DNA of 18,918 nucleotides from Pirellulaceae bacterium (GCA_030748485.1 JASMLW010000598.1:1-18918); one strand, 5' to 3'; positions 7,301-16,258 are shown, counted from the stretch's first letter. Program-made: numbers and translations. The notes: generated from the sequence alone by a model not told the origin.

Positions 7301-9427
7301 ATGGAAATCTTGATCTACATCGGCATTACGGTTGGCGCTATCGTCGTCATTCTCGGCGGCCTTGGAGTCGCGCTGGCTCGCTTCTACAAGAAGGTCGGGC
7401 CCGAAGAGGCGCTCGTCCGAGCCGGCACGGGGCAACTCAAGACCGTCACTGGCGGCGGTATGTGGGTCGTGCCCATCTTCCACCGTGTGGAGAACATGGA
7501 CCTGACTCTCAAGCGGATTGAGATCGCTCGCGATGGCCACGACGGTCTGGTCTGCAAAGACAACATTCGAGCCGATATCAAGGTCGCCTTCTTTGTTCGC
7601 GTCGACAAAGATCCCGACAAGATTAAAGAAGTCGCTCAGTCGATCGGCTGCACGCGAGCCTCGGATCACTCGACATTGGTCGACCTGTTTGACGCCAAGT
7701 TCTCCGAAGCGCTGAAGACGGTCGGTAAGTCATTCGACTTTGTGCAGCTTTACGAGGAACGCGATAACTTCAAAGGCGAAATCCTCAAAGTCATCGGCAC
7801 CGACCTAAACGGCTACGCGCTCGACGATTGTGCGATCGATTACCTCGAACAGACTCCGGTCGAGATGCTCAACCCGAGCAATATCCTCGACGCTGAAGGA
7901 ATCAAGAAGATCACCGCGCTGACGGCCAAAGAGAAGATGCTCGAGAACGAGATCACGCGGGAGAAAGAGAAGACGCTCAAGAAGCAGGACGTCGAAGCTC
8001 AGGAAGCCATCCTCGAACTCGAACGACAGCGAGTTGAAGCTGTCCAAAAGCAAGAGCGCGAGATCGCTACGATTACAGCTCGCGAAAAAGCCGAGGCTCG
8101 CAAGGTTGAGCAAGAGCAGACGCTGATCTCCGAACGAGCTCGAATCTCGACCGAAGAAGAAGTCGGCGTGGCGGAAGAAAACAAACAACGTCAAGTGCTT
8201 GTCGCCTTGCGGAACAAAGAACGCACCGATCAAGTCGAGTTGGAACGCGTGCAGCGCGACCGCGACTTGGAAATGACGGAACGCGTACGAGTCGTCTCGT
8301 TGGCCGACATCGACAAAGACAAGGCGATCGAAGTCGAGAAACGCAACATCCAGGAAGTCATTCGCGAACGCGTCGCCGTGGAAAGAGCCGTCGTCGAAGA
8401 GCAAGAGCGGATCAAGGACACGGAAGAGTTCGCCGGAGCCGATCGGGCTAAGCGAGTCACCGTGACCGCTGCTGAGATGACCGCCCAAGAGTCGTTGGTG
8501 AAGGAAGTCAAAGCCGCCGAAGCAGCCAAGACGTCGTCTGAACTGCTCGCCGAGAAGACTGTCATCGAAGCCGAAGCTGGGCGCAAGGCGGCCGAAAAAG
8601 AAACGCATGCGACCAAGATGTTGGCCGAAGCGGCTCAAGCAGAGAAAGCCGCGCCGGGATTGGCCGACGCACAAGTCCAGGTCGCCACCGCCGAGGCCAT
8701 CGAGAAGACCGGACTGGCCGAAGCGACCGTCACCGAGAAGACCGGTTTGGCCGAAGCCACCGTCATCGAAACGAAAGCCGTCGCCGAAGCCAAGGGAGAC
8801 GAAGCTAGAGCGGTTGCGATCGAAAAGACTGGTTACGCCGAAGCCACCGTCATGCAACAGAAGTTCAGCAGCGAAGCGACGGGTATCCAAGAGAAGGCCG
8901 AAGCGATGAAGTTGTTCGACGGCGTTGGCCGCGAGCACGAAGAGTTCAAACTGCGGCTGAACAAAGATAAGGACATTGAAATCGCCGCCATCGGCGCCCA
9001 GCAAGAGATCGCGGAAGCTCAGGCGGGCATCGTCGGCGAGGCTGTCAAGCAGGCTCGCATCGACATCGTGGGCGGCGATTCGCAGTTCTTCGACCAGATT
9101 ATCAACGCGGTCAAGGGCGGCAAAGCGGTCGATCGCTTCGTGCACAACAGCGAAACGCTGACGGACATGAAGAACACGTTCTTCAACGGTAATCCGGAGT
9201 ACTTCCGCGATAAGTTGCAGGACCTGGTCGGGCAGTTCGACTTGAGCACCGACGATATCAAAGATCTCTCCATCGCGGCGCTGATCGCCAAAATGATGGG
9301 GCTGACCAACAGCGATGAAGTTCGCGGCGAACTCCGCCGGCTCGCCGAGATGGCGCAAAGCGTCGGACTGGCTGGCTCGAACTTCTCGTCCCTACGGCTC
9401 GGTTCAACAGAGAAGAGCAACTCTTAG
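7301..9427 (+). CDS. Flotillin-family SPFH (band-7) protein (FloT / YqiK-like) with an extended coiled-coil and EA-repeat region
   Basis: N-terminal TM helix IYIGITVGAIVVILGGLGVAL, then YKKVGPEEALVRAGTG and an SPFH core. Long E/K/R coiled-coil. C-terminal Ala/Glu 'EA' repeats EKTGLAEATVTEKTGLAEATVIETKAVAEAKGDEARAVAIEKTGYAEATV alignable to B. subtilis FloT, plus the conserved C-terminal flotillin tail. GAGGT RBS. The in-frame repeats appear as ~33-bp DNA repeats at 8697-8850. Confidence 0.85.
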   Translation: MEILIYIGITVGAIVVILGGLGVALARFYKKVGPEEALVRAGTGQLKTVTGGGMWVVPIFHRVENMDLTLKRIEIARDGHDGLVCKDNIRADIKVAFFVRVDKDPDKIKEVAQSIGCTRASDHSTLVDLFDAKFSEALKTVGKSFDFVQLYEERDNFKGEILKVIGTDLNGYALDDCAIDYLEQTPVEMLNPSNILDAEGIKKITALTAKEKMLENEITREKEKTLKKQDVEAQEAILELERQRVEAVQKQEREIATITAREKAEARKVEQEQTLISERARISTEEEVGVAEENKQRQVLVALRNKERTDQVELERVQRDRDLEMTERVRVVSLADIDKDKAIEVEKRNIQEVIRERVAVERAVVEEQERIKDTEEFAGADRAKRVTVTAAEMTAQESLVKEVKAAEAAKTSSELLAEKTVIEAEAGRKAAEKETHATKMLAEAAQAEKAAPGLADAQVQVATAEAIEKTGLAEATVTEKTGLAEATVIETKAVAEAKGDEARAVAIEKTGYAEATVMQQKFSSEATGIQEKAEAMKLFDGVGREHEEFKLRLNKDKDIEIAAIGAQQEIAEAQAGIVGEAVKQARIDIVGGDSQFFDQIINAVKGGKAVDRFVHNSETLTDMKNTFFNGNPEYFRDKLQDLVGQFDLSTDDIKDLSIAALIAKMMGLTNSDEVRGELRRLAEMAQSVGLAGSNFSSLRLGSTEKSNS

Positions 9428-9442
9428 TAACCCATGAGGCTG

Positions 9443-9470
9443 GGCGGCGAGCCGCGATTAGCTCGCCGCC
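9443..9470 (+). other. Strong intercistronic stem-loop (10-bp perfect GC-rich stem, 8-nt loop) 16 nt after the flotillin stop. No U-tract.
   Basis: GGCGGCGAGC-cgcgatta-GCTCGCCGCC. Candidate partial terminator or mRNA stability/processing element that would set flotillin versus giant-ATPase stoichiometry. Confidence 0.5.
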
Positions 9471-9532
9471 TGACGCCGGTTCCGCACTGCGGCGACGACT
9501 GGCGGCCACCTCACGGGTGAAGGAACGGAGCC

Positions 9533-12500
9533 ATGGCAGAAGCCACCACAACAGACGCCGCGCCTGAGGCGCAACTTGAAGGCGGCGCATACGAGATCAT
9601 TCGCAATCGACTTGTCACACAAGGCAAGGAGTTGCGAGATCGGTTGCACCAACTGAACGACGCCCGCAAGGCCGTCTTCGGCGCAATCGACACCGAATTG
9701 CTCGGCACCGACCGGATCTCGACCAACCACAATTGCACGCCCCGCGACATGGTGGCGATCGGCGATCGCTTCATCTTTGGATACAACGTTCAGTTCGGCC
9801 TCAAGTCCGAGATCTCGCTGGCCGACGTCTTCGCCGTTTACGAGTATCGCGATCGAGGTTTTCACGAACAGCCGCTCGAGTTTATTCAGGTCGGCAACTT
9901 CGAGCGAGATTTCAAAGAGATCTACCGCTACTACAAGAATGCGACGTTCGCCAAGTTCTTTTTGACGGGCCCTTATCTCTTCATGGTGTTTCAGGTCGGA
10001 CGCGACAGCACCGACATCAAGGCGCTGAAGTTCCTGATCAATGACGATACTCTGACGTATCTCGACAATCGCAGCGATCACGAGGTTAAATACCCGTCGC
10101 AGCACGAGTTCGAATGGACCCGGACGACTCGCGATCAGCACCGACACGGCGCGCACCCCCACATCTCGCTTCACGATCGTGTGTTCGTCGAGACGGTTGG
10201 CGGCGACCTGACGATCAAAGTCGAGAACAACACGCAGTCCGGCGAAGGCATCTACGCCGAGGATGTCGAACATACGGATCAGACTCTCGACGACGCCGAG
10301 ATCTACTACGCGATCGTCGGCAATCTGATCTTGATGAAGATTCGCCCCTATCAGGAAGAGGCGTTTCGCTACATCGTCTTCAACGAGAAGACACAGCAAG
10401 CTCGGCGCATCGACGCCATCGCCGACGCTTGCGTCTTGCTGCCGGACGATCACGGGTTGATCTTCTCGCGCGGCTACTACTTGCAAACCGGCGAATTCAA
10501 GACGTTTGAGAGTGACGTTACTGAAATGCTGTTTGAACGCCGGCTGGCGGCGTCGAACGGCGAAGACTACATGTATGTCTTCTACAATCACCAGCTCGGC
10601 GTTTACGTCCTACTGACGTACAACGTGATCGAACAGCGAGTCGAGACGCCGATTATCGTGCACGGCTTCACGCTGTTCGACAGCGGCGAAATGGTCTGCT
10701 TTAAATCGCAGGACGAACCACAGAAACACCACGCGATTCAGATTTGGAAGACGCCGTATGTCGGCGAGGGGTTCGAGACCCACGAGGAGACGGATTCCTA
10801 TATTTACAAGATCGGCAACCGCGATCTCGTCCGCGGCATGGCCGAGTGCTACGAAGTTCTCTCCCTGATCGACAAAGAGGACACCTACGCCGGGTTGTAC
10901 GTCGATCTGGTGAAGAAGACCGGCGACATCATCGACTCGTACTTCTGGATCGACTCGACCGAGACGCATCGGCCGGCGGAAGTGCTCGGCCAGATTCGCG
11001 GAGCCGCTGAGTCGGCGGTCGAAGAGTTCGAAAAGGTCGTCCGGCTCAAACAAAACACGCTCGGCGAAACCAAACGAGTACAGCAGCACTGCCAGGAGAT
11101 CATGGCCGAGCTGCACCGCAAGCGATTCGAGCACATTCTCGAGTTCGTCCAATCGCTCGGCGACCTGCGAGCCGCCCGCGGCGACATTATCTCGCTCCGC
11201 GAGTTGCGCTACATCGACGGCGGCCTCGTCGACAAGCTGGAGGAAGACGTCGCGGAGAACGCCGAGAAACTCGCGCAACGCTGCGTCGAGTTCCTGTTGC
11301 GCGACGACTCGTTGGCTCCCTACGTCGCAAAGGTCGCCGAACAGCGCGGCCGCATCGACGGCCTGGAAAAAGTCAGCGAGGCGAAGGAGCTGGAGGAGGA
11401 GATCGCCTCCAGCGCCGGTGAACTCGAGATGCTGATCGACATCGTCAGCAACCTGAAGATCGACGACGCCACGCAGCGAACGGCGATCATCGACAGCATT
11501 TCTGGAATCTTCGCGGGAGTGAACCAGGCGCGGTCGGCGCTGAAGAACAAGACCAAAGAACTCGCTTCGGTCGAAGGCGTCGCCGAATTCAATTCACAAC
11601 TGAAGCTGCTCAATCAAAGCGTCGTCAACTATCTCGACGTTTGCGACTCCCCCACCAAGTGCGAAGAGTTCCTCACCAAGATGATGGTGCAGCTGGAGGA
11701 GCTCGAGGGCCGCTTCGCCGAGTTCGACGAGTTCGTGGTGCAGCTGACCGACAAACGCGAGGAGATCTACAACGCGTTTGAGTCGCGGAAGCTGGCGCTG
11801 GTCGAAGCTCGTAACAAGCGAGCCACCTCGCTGATGAGCGCGGCGAATCGGATCTTGAAAGGCATCAAGACTCGCGTCGACAACATGGAGTCGATCAACG
11901 ACATCAACGGGTACTTTGCATCCGATTTGATGATCGAAAAGGTTCGCGATCTGTGTGAAGAGCTCAAGGAACTCGACGATTCGGTCAAGGTCGACGACAT
12001 CCAGAGCCGGATGAAGTCGGTTCGCGAGGACGCCGTCCGCCAGCTCAAAGATCGACAGGATCTGTTTGTCGGCGGCGAGAATGTCATCAAGTTCGGCAAC
12101 CACCAATTCAATGTCAACGTCCAGGCTCTCGACTTGACGATGGTGTTGCGTGACGGCGAGATGAACTTGCATCTGACCGGCACGAATCTGTTTGAGCCGA
12201 TTGAGAATGAGGAGCTGATCTCGCTGCGCGAGGTTTGGGATCAGGAAGTCGTCAGCGAGAACAAGAGTGTCTATCGGGCTGAGTACTTGGCGTACTTGAT
12301 GTTGCGGGCCGTCCGCGGCGACGAATTCGATCAGTCGGCCGCGCAGATACTGAAGCTCACTCCTGACGAGCGTGTCGCGATGGTTCAGCGCTTCATGGGG
12401 CCGCGGTACAGCGAGGCGTACGTGAAAGGCGTCTCCGATCACGACGCCGCGTTGCTGCTCGGCTCACTGCTCGAGATGGATCAAACGATCGGCATGTTGC

Positions 12501-14932
12501 GCTACCACGCCCGCGCTCGCGCCATTGCCGCCGCGTTTTGGAATTGGTTCGCCGATCCTGAATGGCGCGAGCTAATGGGAGCCCGGCTGAGAGGATTGGG
12601 CAGGATCACGGACCTGTTCCCCGATGCTCGCGAGCGACAGAAATATATCGATTCGATTCGCGCCGCGATCGGCGACTACAACGCGCAATCGAAAATGTTC
12701 GACGATGAATTCATCGACGAAGCGGCGACCTATCTCTGCCACGAGCTAAGCGATCGGGACCACTTTACCGTGAGTCGCAATGCGGCGACGCTCCGCGACG
12801 AATTCCAAGGGCATCTCAAACACGCCGGCCACGCTGAGGCGTTCGCCCACTCGGTCGCCGAAGTCCGCGAAGACGCGGCCAGTTGGTTCACGCTGGTGCG
12901 TGACTGGGCGTCGGCGTTTATTGAAAGACGCGAGGCGCGAGAAGACGATCTCGACTACGTCGACGAACTGGCCGTGCTCTTGATGCGCGAGCAAGTGGAT
13001 GTGGGACACATTGTCGATGGCGATGTCGCCAAGGCGATCGGTGGCATGTCGGGAGCTCACGGGGTCATCGAAGGCGGCCAATATCAGCTGCACTTCAATC
13101 ACTTCCTGCAAAAGCTACACGAGTACGAACGAGTTACCGCGCCGAGGTTTCAGCGGTACATCGAATTGAAGAAAGAGATCGTCGAGGAAGGTCGCCAGGG
13201 AATGCGGCTCGACGAGTTCCGTCCCCGCGTGCTCACGTCGTTCGTCCGCAACAAACTGATCGATTCGGTCTACCTGCCGCTCGTGGGCGACAATCTAGCC
13301 AAGCAGATGGGCGTCGCCGGCGAGCAGAAGCGGACGGACTTGATGGGCCTGCTGCTGCTCATCTCACCGCCCGGGTACGGTAAGACGACGCTGATGGAGT
13401 ACATCGCCAATCGACTCGGCCTGATCTTCATGAAGATCAACGGCCCGGCGATTGGGCATCACGTGACATCGCTCGATCCCGTCGAAGCTCCCAACGCCGG
13501 AGCGCGGGAAGAGGTCATGAAGCTGAATCTCTCTCTCGAGATGGGCGATAACGTGATGATCTATCTCGACGATATTCAACACTGCAATCCGGAGTTCCTG
13601 CAGAAGTTCATCTCGCTCTGCGATGCGCAGCGTAAGATCGAAGGCGTCTATAAGGGCAAAACGCGGACCTACGACCTGCGAGGTCGAAAGGTCGCCGTTG
13701 TCATGGCCGGCAACCCCTACACGGAGAGCGGCGAGAAGTTCCAGATCCCCGACATGCTTTCGAACCGGGCCGATATCTACAACCTGGGCGAGATCATCGG
13801 CGATTCGGCGGACGCCTTCGAGATGAGTTACCTGGAGAACTCGTTGACGTCCAACCCGGCGCTCAACAAGCTCGCCTCGCGAAGCCAGCAAGATGTCTAC
13901 GGAGTGATTCAGATCGCCGAGCGCGACAGTCGCGAAGGCGTCGATCTCGAAGGCAACTACTCGCTCGAAGAGGTCGATGAATTCGTTCGCGTCATGAAGA
14001 AGCTGTTCCGCGTCCGCGACGTCGTGCTGCGCGTGAACCGGCAGTATATCGAGTCGGCCGCGCAGGCGGACGAGTATCGCACCGAGCCGCCGTTCCTGCT
14101 TCAGGGATCGTATCGAAACATGAACCGCATCGCCGAAAAAGTGGTGCCGATCATGAACGATGAAGAGCTGGAGTCTCTGATCCTGAGCAACTACGAGAAC
14201 GACGCCCAGACGTTGACATCCAATACTGAGTCGAACCTGCTCAAGTTGCGCGAGATGCTGAGTATTCTGACCAAGGAAGAGGAACGGCGGTGGGAGGACA
14301 TCAGACGGACGTTCTCGCAGAACGTCAAACTCAAAGGCGTCGGCGCCGACGACCAATTCGGTCAGGTCATCGTGCAGCTCAGTTCGTTCAGCGACGGGCT
14401 CGACTCCTTGCGGCGCGCTGTCGCTGACGGCGTCGAACGGCTGGCCGAGCAAGACGACGAAGGGAAGTCGGTCGAAGTTGTCGTCGGCGAGCTGAGCGGA
14501 CTGCGAGAAGGGCTCACCGCCATCAAGGGCGCGCTTGAACAGGCGGGAACGGACGAGGCGATCGGCGCGCTGGCCGCTCAACTTCGCGAAGCCGTTCCTG
14601 TCCCCGCGCTCCCCGCTGCGTTGGCGGAACCGGTTCCCAGCGAGCCATTTCCCGTCGAGCTGGCGCGCAATGAGACGACGGAAATGCACCGCATCACCGT
14701 CCAGCACAAAGTGCCGCGCAGCATCCTGGATGTCGTCCGCACGCAGTTCGAAGTCATGGAGGGTTGGATGAGTCCGCTGCTGAGCACAGCCAAGGAAAAC
14801 TCGGCTGGCATCACCCAACTTCGCAACTCGGTCGACGAGTGCCTGCGCAGCTACGCGCTGTTGCTGAGCGAACTCGAAAGCGCGAAGCCCTTGAAAAAGG
14901 CGAAGAAGACGACCAAGAAGAAACGCAGCTAG
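9533..14932 (+). CDS. Giant (1,799 aa) soluble protein: N-terminal beta-rich region (~430 aa), ~800-aa coiled-coil/helical region, a single AAA_5 (MoxR / midasin / dynein-type) ATPase module, a helical C-terminal region and a polybasic tail
   Basis: A 5.4-kb ORF cannot occur by chance at this GC content. Walker A LLLISPPGYGKTTL (nt ~13365-13390), Walker B VMIYLDDIQH (~13553-13580), AAA_5-type sensor VVMAGNPYTESGEKFQIPDMLSNRADIYNLG (~13700-13790). No TM segments. C-terminal tail AKPLKKAKKTTKKKRS. RBS AAGGAACGGAG. Confidence 0.85.
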   Translation: MAEATTTDAAPEAQLEGGAYEIIRNRLVTQGKELRDRLHQLNDARKAVFGAIDTELLGTDRISTNHNCTPRDMVAIGDRFIFGYNVQFGLKSEISLADVFAVYEYRDRGFHEQPLEFIQVGNFERDFKEIYRYYKNATFAKFFLTGPYLFMVFQVGRDSTDIKALKFLINDDTLTYLDNRSDHEVKYPSQHEFEWTRTTRDQHRHGAHPHISLHDRVFVETVGGDLTIKVENNTQSGEGIYAEDVEHTDQTLDDAEIYYAIVGNLILMKIRPYQEEAFRYIVFNEKTQQARRIDAIADACVLLPDDHGLIFSRGYYLQTGEFKTFESDVTEMLFERRLAASNGEDYMYVFYNHQLGVYVLLTYNVIEQRVETPIIVHGFTLFDSGEMVCFKSQDEPQKHHAIQIWKTPYVGEGFETHEETDSYIYKIGNRDLVRGMAECYEVLSLIDKEDTYAGLYVDLVKKTGDIIDSYFWIDSTETHRPAEVLGQIRGAAESAVEEFEKVVRLKQNTLGETKRVQQHCQEIMAELHRKRFEHILEFVQSLGDLRAARGDIISLRELRYIDGGLVDKLEEDVAENAEKLAQRCVEFLLRDDSLAPYVAKVAEQRGRIDGLEKVSEAKELEEEIASSAGELEMLIDIVSNLKIDDATQRTAIIDSISGIFAGVNQARSALKNKTKELASVEGVAEFNSQLKLLNQSVVNYLDVCDSPTKCEEFLTKMMVQLEELEGRFAEFDEFVVQLTDKREEIYNAFESRKLALVEARNKRATSLMSAANRILKGIKTRVDNMESINDINGYFASDLMIEKVRDLCEELKELDDSVKVDDIQSRMKSVREDAVRQLKDRQDLFVGGENVIKFGNHQFNVNVQALDLTMVLRDGEMNLHLTGTNLFEPIENEELISLREVWDQEVVSENKSVYRAEYLAYLMLRAVRGDEFDQSAAQILKLTPDERVAMVQRFMGPRYSEAYVKGVSDHDAALLLGSLLEMDQTIGMLRYHARARAIAAAFWNWFADPEWRELMGARLRGLGRITDLFPDARERQKYIDSIRAAIGDYNAQSKMFDDEFIDEAATYLCHELSDRDHFTVSRNAATLRDEFQGHLKHAGHAEAFAHSVAEVREDAASWFTLVRDWASAFIERREAREDDLDYVDELAVLLMREQVDVGHIVDGDVAKAIGGMSGAHGVIEGGQYQLHFNHFLQKLHEYERVTAPRFQRYIELKKEIVEEGRQGMRLDEFRPRVLTSFVRNKLIDSVYLPLVGDNLAKQMGVAGEQKRTDLMGLLLLISPPGYGKTTLMEYIANRLGLIFMKINGPAIGHHVTSLDPVEAPNAGAREEVMKLNLSLEMGDNVMIYLDDIQHCNPEFLQKFISLCDAQRKIEGVYKGKTRTYDLRGRKVAVVMAGNPYTESGEKFQIPDMLSNRADIYNLGEIIGDSADAFEMSYLENSLTSNPALNKLASRSQQDVYGVIQIAERDSREGVDLEGNYSLEEVDEFVRVMKKLFRVRDVVLRVNRQYIESAAQADEYRTEPPFLLQGSYRNMNRIAEKVVPIMNDEELESLILSNYENDAQTLTSNTESNLLKLREMLSILTKEEERRWEDIRRTFSQNVKLKGVGADDQFGQVIVQLSSFSDGLDSLRRAVADGVERLAEQDDEGKSVEVVVGELSGLREGLTAIKGALEQAGTDEAIGALAAQLREAVPVPALPAALAEPVPSEPFPVELARNETTEMHRITVQHKVPRSILDVVRTQFEVMEGWMSPLLSTAKENSAGITQLRNSVDECLRSYALLLSELESAKPLKKAKKTTKKKRS

Positions 14933-14961
14933 TCGCCCCGGCCTTTCACGGTCTCATCGTC

Positions 14962-14990
14962 GATTGTCTTGTCGGGTTGCTCTACAATGC
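14962..14990 (+). promoter_or_regulatory. Possible sigma70-type promoter for the amidase gene (-10 TACAAT at 14985-14990; weak -35)
   Basis: TACAAT lies 30 nt upstream of ATG 15020. The upstream TTGTCT / ATTGTC candidates have suboptimal spacing. Planctomycete promoters are poorly defined. Confidence 0.2.
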
Positions 14991-15019
14991 CGCCACGAGC
15001 TTGAGCATTCTCTCTCGCG

Positions 15020-15931
15020 ATGGTGGCCATGAAACGCGTCGACGCTCTACCCCTGCAGTACGAATTCTCCCGCGCGGCGGAGCCCCGATTGCACGTCGCG
15101 CCCGGGGAGACCATCGAAGTCGAGGCGGAAGACGCTCTGTCGGGCCAGATTCGCAATCCCGGCGATCAACGCGACAAAAGTCGCGCGCCGTACAGCAATC
15201 CGGTGGCCGGACCAATCTATGTTGATGGAGCTCAGCGCGGGGACTCGATTGCCGTGCGGATCGAGACGATCGAGTCGCGCGATGGTCAGTGCGCGACGTA
15301 CACGGGACATCCGCGGCGGCTCGCCGAATGGCTTGGACTCGATGTTCCACCCGGCGGTCATGTCTGTCCTATTCGCGACGGCCTGATCCACTGGAGTGAC
15401 GAGCTGACGATTCCCTGGGCTCCGATGCTGGGCTGCATTGGCGTCGCGCCGGATTGGGGTGTCCCCACGACGGGGCCCGCCGGCGCTCATGGCGGCAACT
15501 TGGATTTGGTGGAGGTAAGGCCCGGCTGCACGGTCTACCTGCCCGTGTTTGTGCCCGGCGGACTGCTCTACTTGGGCGATGCGCACGCCGCGATGGGGCA
15601 CGGTGAGTTGTCGGCGACGGGACTCGAGATGGCGTCTGTTTCCACCGTGACGGTTGACCTGATCAAGGGCGCCGCGGCACCCGGCCCGCGGATCGACACG
15701 GGTGAGGAACTCGTCGCCGTCGCCACGGGGTCGCCGATGGAGCATTCGATTGCCGAAGCCTACGCGCAACTCATCCTCTGGATGGAGACAGAATACGGTT
15801 GGGACCGCTGGTTGGCGTACGACTTGTTGACCCATGTCGGCCAACTCTCCGTCGGCTACTACGGCATCGGAACGGTTGGAGCGAAAATCGCCAAGCGCTA
15901 CTTACCGCTTCGCAGCTCGCCGCATGAGTAG
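15020..15931 (+). CDS. Acetamidase/formamidase (FmdA_AmdA) family amidohydrolase
   Basis: 303 aa. NPVAGPIYVDGAQRGDSIAV, AHGGNLD and YLGDAHAAMGHGELSATG motifs recalled from the family. An alternative start lies at 15029. Confidence 0.6.
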   Translation: MVAMKRVDALPLQYEFSRAAEPRLHVAPGETIEVEAEDALSGQIRNPGDQRDKSRAPYSNPVAGPIYVDGAQRGDSIAVRIETIESRDGQCATYTGHPRRLAEWLGLDVPPGGHVCPIRDGLIHWSDELTIPWAPMLGCIGVAPDWGVPTTGPAGAHGGNLDLVEVRPGCTVYLPVFVPGGLLYLGDAHAAMGHGELSATGLEMASVSTVTVDLIKGAAAPGPRIDTGEELVAVATGSPMEHSIAEAYAQLILWMETEYGWDRWLAYDLLTHVGQLSVGYYGIGTVGAKIAKRYLPLRSSPHE

Positions 15932-15932
15932 T

Positions 15933-16255
15933 GTCGCCGAATCAAATCGCCGCGCGGTGTTGAGTGGAACGTCCATTGTCGCGACGCTTTGTACGATGGC
16001 CTTCCGAGGCCGTCGAATGCGGGTTATCCCCAAGAGTCCCCACCAGATTCGTGCTCAGCGTCGAATCAAATCGCCGCGCGGTGTCGAGTGGAACGTCCAT
16101 TGTCGCGACGCTTTGTACGATGGCCTTCCGAGGCGCCTTCCGAGGCCGTCGAATGCGGGTTATCCCCGAGAGTCCCCACCAGATTCGTGCTCAGCGTCGA
16201 ATCAAATCGCCGCGCGGTGTCGAATGGAACGTTCATTGTCGCGACTTCGTCGCGA
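15933..16255. repeat. Tandem repeat array: about 2.6 copies of a ~124-bp unit (unit 2 is 136 bp because of an internal 12-bp duplication cgccttccgagg; unit 3 is truncated and diverged) in the convergent intergenic region
   Basis: GAATCAAATCGCC unit landmarks at 15939, 16063 and 16199. Each unit contains the 8-bp palindromes CCGCGCGG and GTCGCGAC and a TGGAAC-N5-TTGTC motif. Unit 3 contains GAATGGAACGTT, identical to the first 12 nt of the window. Confidence 0.9.
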
Positions 16256-16258
16256 GGT

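Noticed and set aside
7805-9358. 517-aa minus-strand ORF antisense to the flotillin gene
   Set aside because: R/L/D/G-rich low-complexity translation typical of antisense frames in GC-rich DNA. The sense strand encodes a protein with a clear SPFH/flotillin signature and operon context.
13364-14818. 484-aa minus-strand ORF, and the other long minus-strand ORFs (9458-10591, 10610-11278, 11594-12442, 12746-13111) inside the giant gene
   Set aside because: All lie antisense within one uninterrupted 5.4-kb sense ORF that has Walker A/B motifs and balanced composition. The antisense translations are Arg/Leu/Val/Asp-rich with no motifs. GC-content artefacts.
15933-16255. Possibility that the tandem repeats are a CRISPR array
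   Set aside because: Units are ~124 bp and are near-identical throughout, with no short conserved repeats alternating with unique spacers. No cas genes in the window.
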